DNA from: Squalus acanthias
Taxonomy: Eukaryota
DNA length: 64,000 nt
Direction of reading: 5' to 3'
Assembly: GCA_030390025.1 (NCBI GenBank)
Contig: CM059432.1
Coordinates: 140,122,001 to 140,186,000, forward strand
Shown here: positions 62,704-64,000 of the stretch, in pieces
How the letters are laid out: every line of letters starts with the position of its first letter
Numbering within the stretch: position 1 is the first letter of the stretch
The notes under the pieces: generated by a model
Databases searched by the model: none
What the model saw: the letters and a program-made list of their open reading frames with translations, nothing else
What the model was told of the DNA's origin: nothing
Translations under genes and position numbers: made by a program

Positions 62704-63446
62704 GAGACGATTTTAATCCTGCCTGCCTGGTGGAAACTGGGGGAGTTGGCGGCGGGGGGGGGAGGGGGGGGGTGGGGGGGAGCGAGGGCAGTTAAAATAA
62801 TTCCTGGGAATTATTCGCCAATGTCCCACCATCTTGACGATTTCAACCTACTCTTCTGAATAAGCGGAATGGACACCCAAGAAGGGGTCCCCCTTTAAAT
62901 ATGCAAATCAAGTGCCATTGACATCATCAGGGCTCGACTGCTATTTTAACTAGAGGCCTGCACGAGGAGGTCATTGTGGCTTTCTTGACACCAAGACAAC
63001 CTAATGGGAAGAGGAGCCGGAGCCGGATTCGGAGCTGGATTCGGAGCCGGAGCCGGATTCGGAGCCGGAGCCGGATTCGGAGCCGGATTTTACTTTTTAT
63101 GACTTTCCTTGTAGGGCCCAGGAGGAGTAGGAGCTTTTCCCTTCTCCCACAAGGAGAGTTTAGGGTTGCCTCCCACCCCCCATTGTTTCCACACTTCTCC
63201 TCCTGATCGCAAGGCCCTCCCGAACCCCCTTCCCGTGACTTACCTGAGTGCCGGGGACCCGTTCCCTCACTCCCATCGTGCGCCGCTTTCGAGTGGGAAG
63301 CTGAATCCCGGGGGAGTTGAACTCTTCCTGGGGCCTCACACTACCGAAATTAGGGTGGTTTGCCATCCGCCCCCTGCCCTCTGCCCTCTGCCCCTCGATC
63401 CCTGACACCAGTCTGCCCAATTCTCGCCCAGACTTAAAATCGAGGT
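62704..63446. mobile_element. Probable Harbinger-type non-autonomous element containing a GGAGCC/GGATTC hexamer array (63013-63089)
   Basis: Ends share an inverted CGATTTTAA. GC-rich interior with a CCCCTTTAAAT motif like the other Harbinger elements. No TSD seen. Confidence 0.4.
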
Positions 63447-63724
63447 TTCAAGGTTGTTTTGATCAAGCCTTTGAATCAGTACTTCTTTAGCATATTCAGG
63501 TACTCTTTGTCATCTTGGTCTCTTTAGAGGTTAAAGCAAAAATCTATTCCAAGGTTGTTAGGCCTTTTCCTGAACGTTGGCTTTGTTGCTATAACGTTAT
63601 GCATTACGACCATTCTTTCATTAAATAGTGCTGCGCGTTCTTTCAGATTTGCTCATTAAGTTGATTAACCCCCTTGGCTGTCTTTGTTGTGTATTTTTGC
63701 ACATATCACCCTGTCTTTCTATAG

Positions 63725-64000
63725 GGCTGGATCGCAGCACCATTTTTGTAGACAAGCATGCCATTTCCACCAATGCACCGATTTATTACTACCACTTCCG
63801 AACCAGATTTGGCCCCGGCCAATCTCATATAGAAAAGTCGAATACCGATAGAGTAAGGATACAGCAATCGGTCAGTCGGGCTGGGTGCAGCGACATGTCC
63901 ATGAAGAGCCTGCAAGGTGACAGGGTACCCTTTAAAGAGGTCCAGCATTCCATTCTGGAATCTGGGTTCCAGTGCCAGGCCGTCGCAAGAAGCTCTCGGC
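63725..64000 (+). CDS. Candidate host-gene exon, product unidentified, runs off the window
   Basis: Polypyrimidine tract plus acceptor CTGTCTTTCTATAG|G. Then 91 stop-free codons from 63727: LDRSTIFVDKHAISTNAPIYYYHFRTRFGPGQSHIEKSNTDRVRIQQSVSRAGCSDMSMKSLQGDRVPFKEVQHSILESGFQCQAVARSSR. Non-repetitive sequence. Confidence 0.45.

Noticed and set aside
62976..63206. RS-domain protein
   Set aside because: The RS pattern comes from a short hexamer repeat, with no RRM or splice support.
63706..63948. Minus-strand 80-aa ORF
   Set aside because: The + strand frame has a clear splice acceptor, so this is more likely its antisense shadow; not formally excluded.

Overview
Repeat-dense vertebrate DNA, most likely from a cartilaginous fish. 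This is inferred from many SacSINE1-like Deu-domain SINEs and one HE1-like V-SINE. It reads like a large intron or intergenic region; the only candidate host exon is at the extreme right end (63725 onward). Main contents: (1) a near full-length PIF/Harbinger transposon (3183-7421) with a frameshifted DDE transposase facing an apparently intact three-exon Myb/SANT-like gene (458 aa when spliced), with repeated subterminal TTAGCGCC motifs; (2) two decayed Harbinger derivatives (398-2592, 16352-18036) and several MITE/foldback elements; (3) two families of Penelope-like retroelements whose 3' ends carry three intact-looking minimal type I hammerhead ribozyme motifs (38716-38751, 44794-44830, 57206-57242), with clean 11-14 bp target-site duplications around three of the insertions; (4) many 5'-truncated CR1 and L2 LINE fragments and SINEs, often nested; (5) a 156-bp local templated duplication inside a SINE. 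Nothing here is prokaryotic, and no CRISPR, rRNA or genuine tRNA gene was found. All calls are by eye, without database searches. Boundaries of old repeats are approximate.
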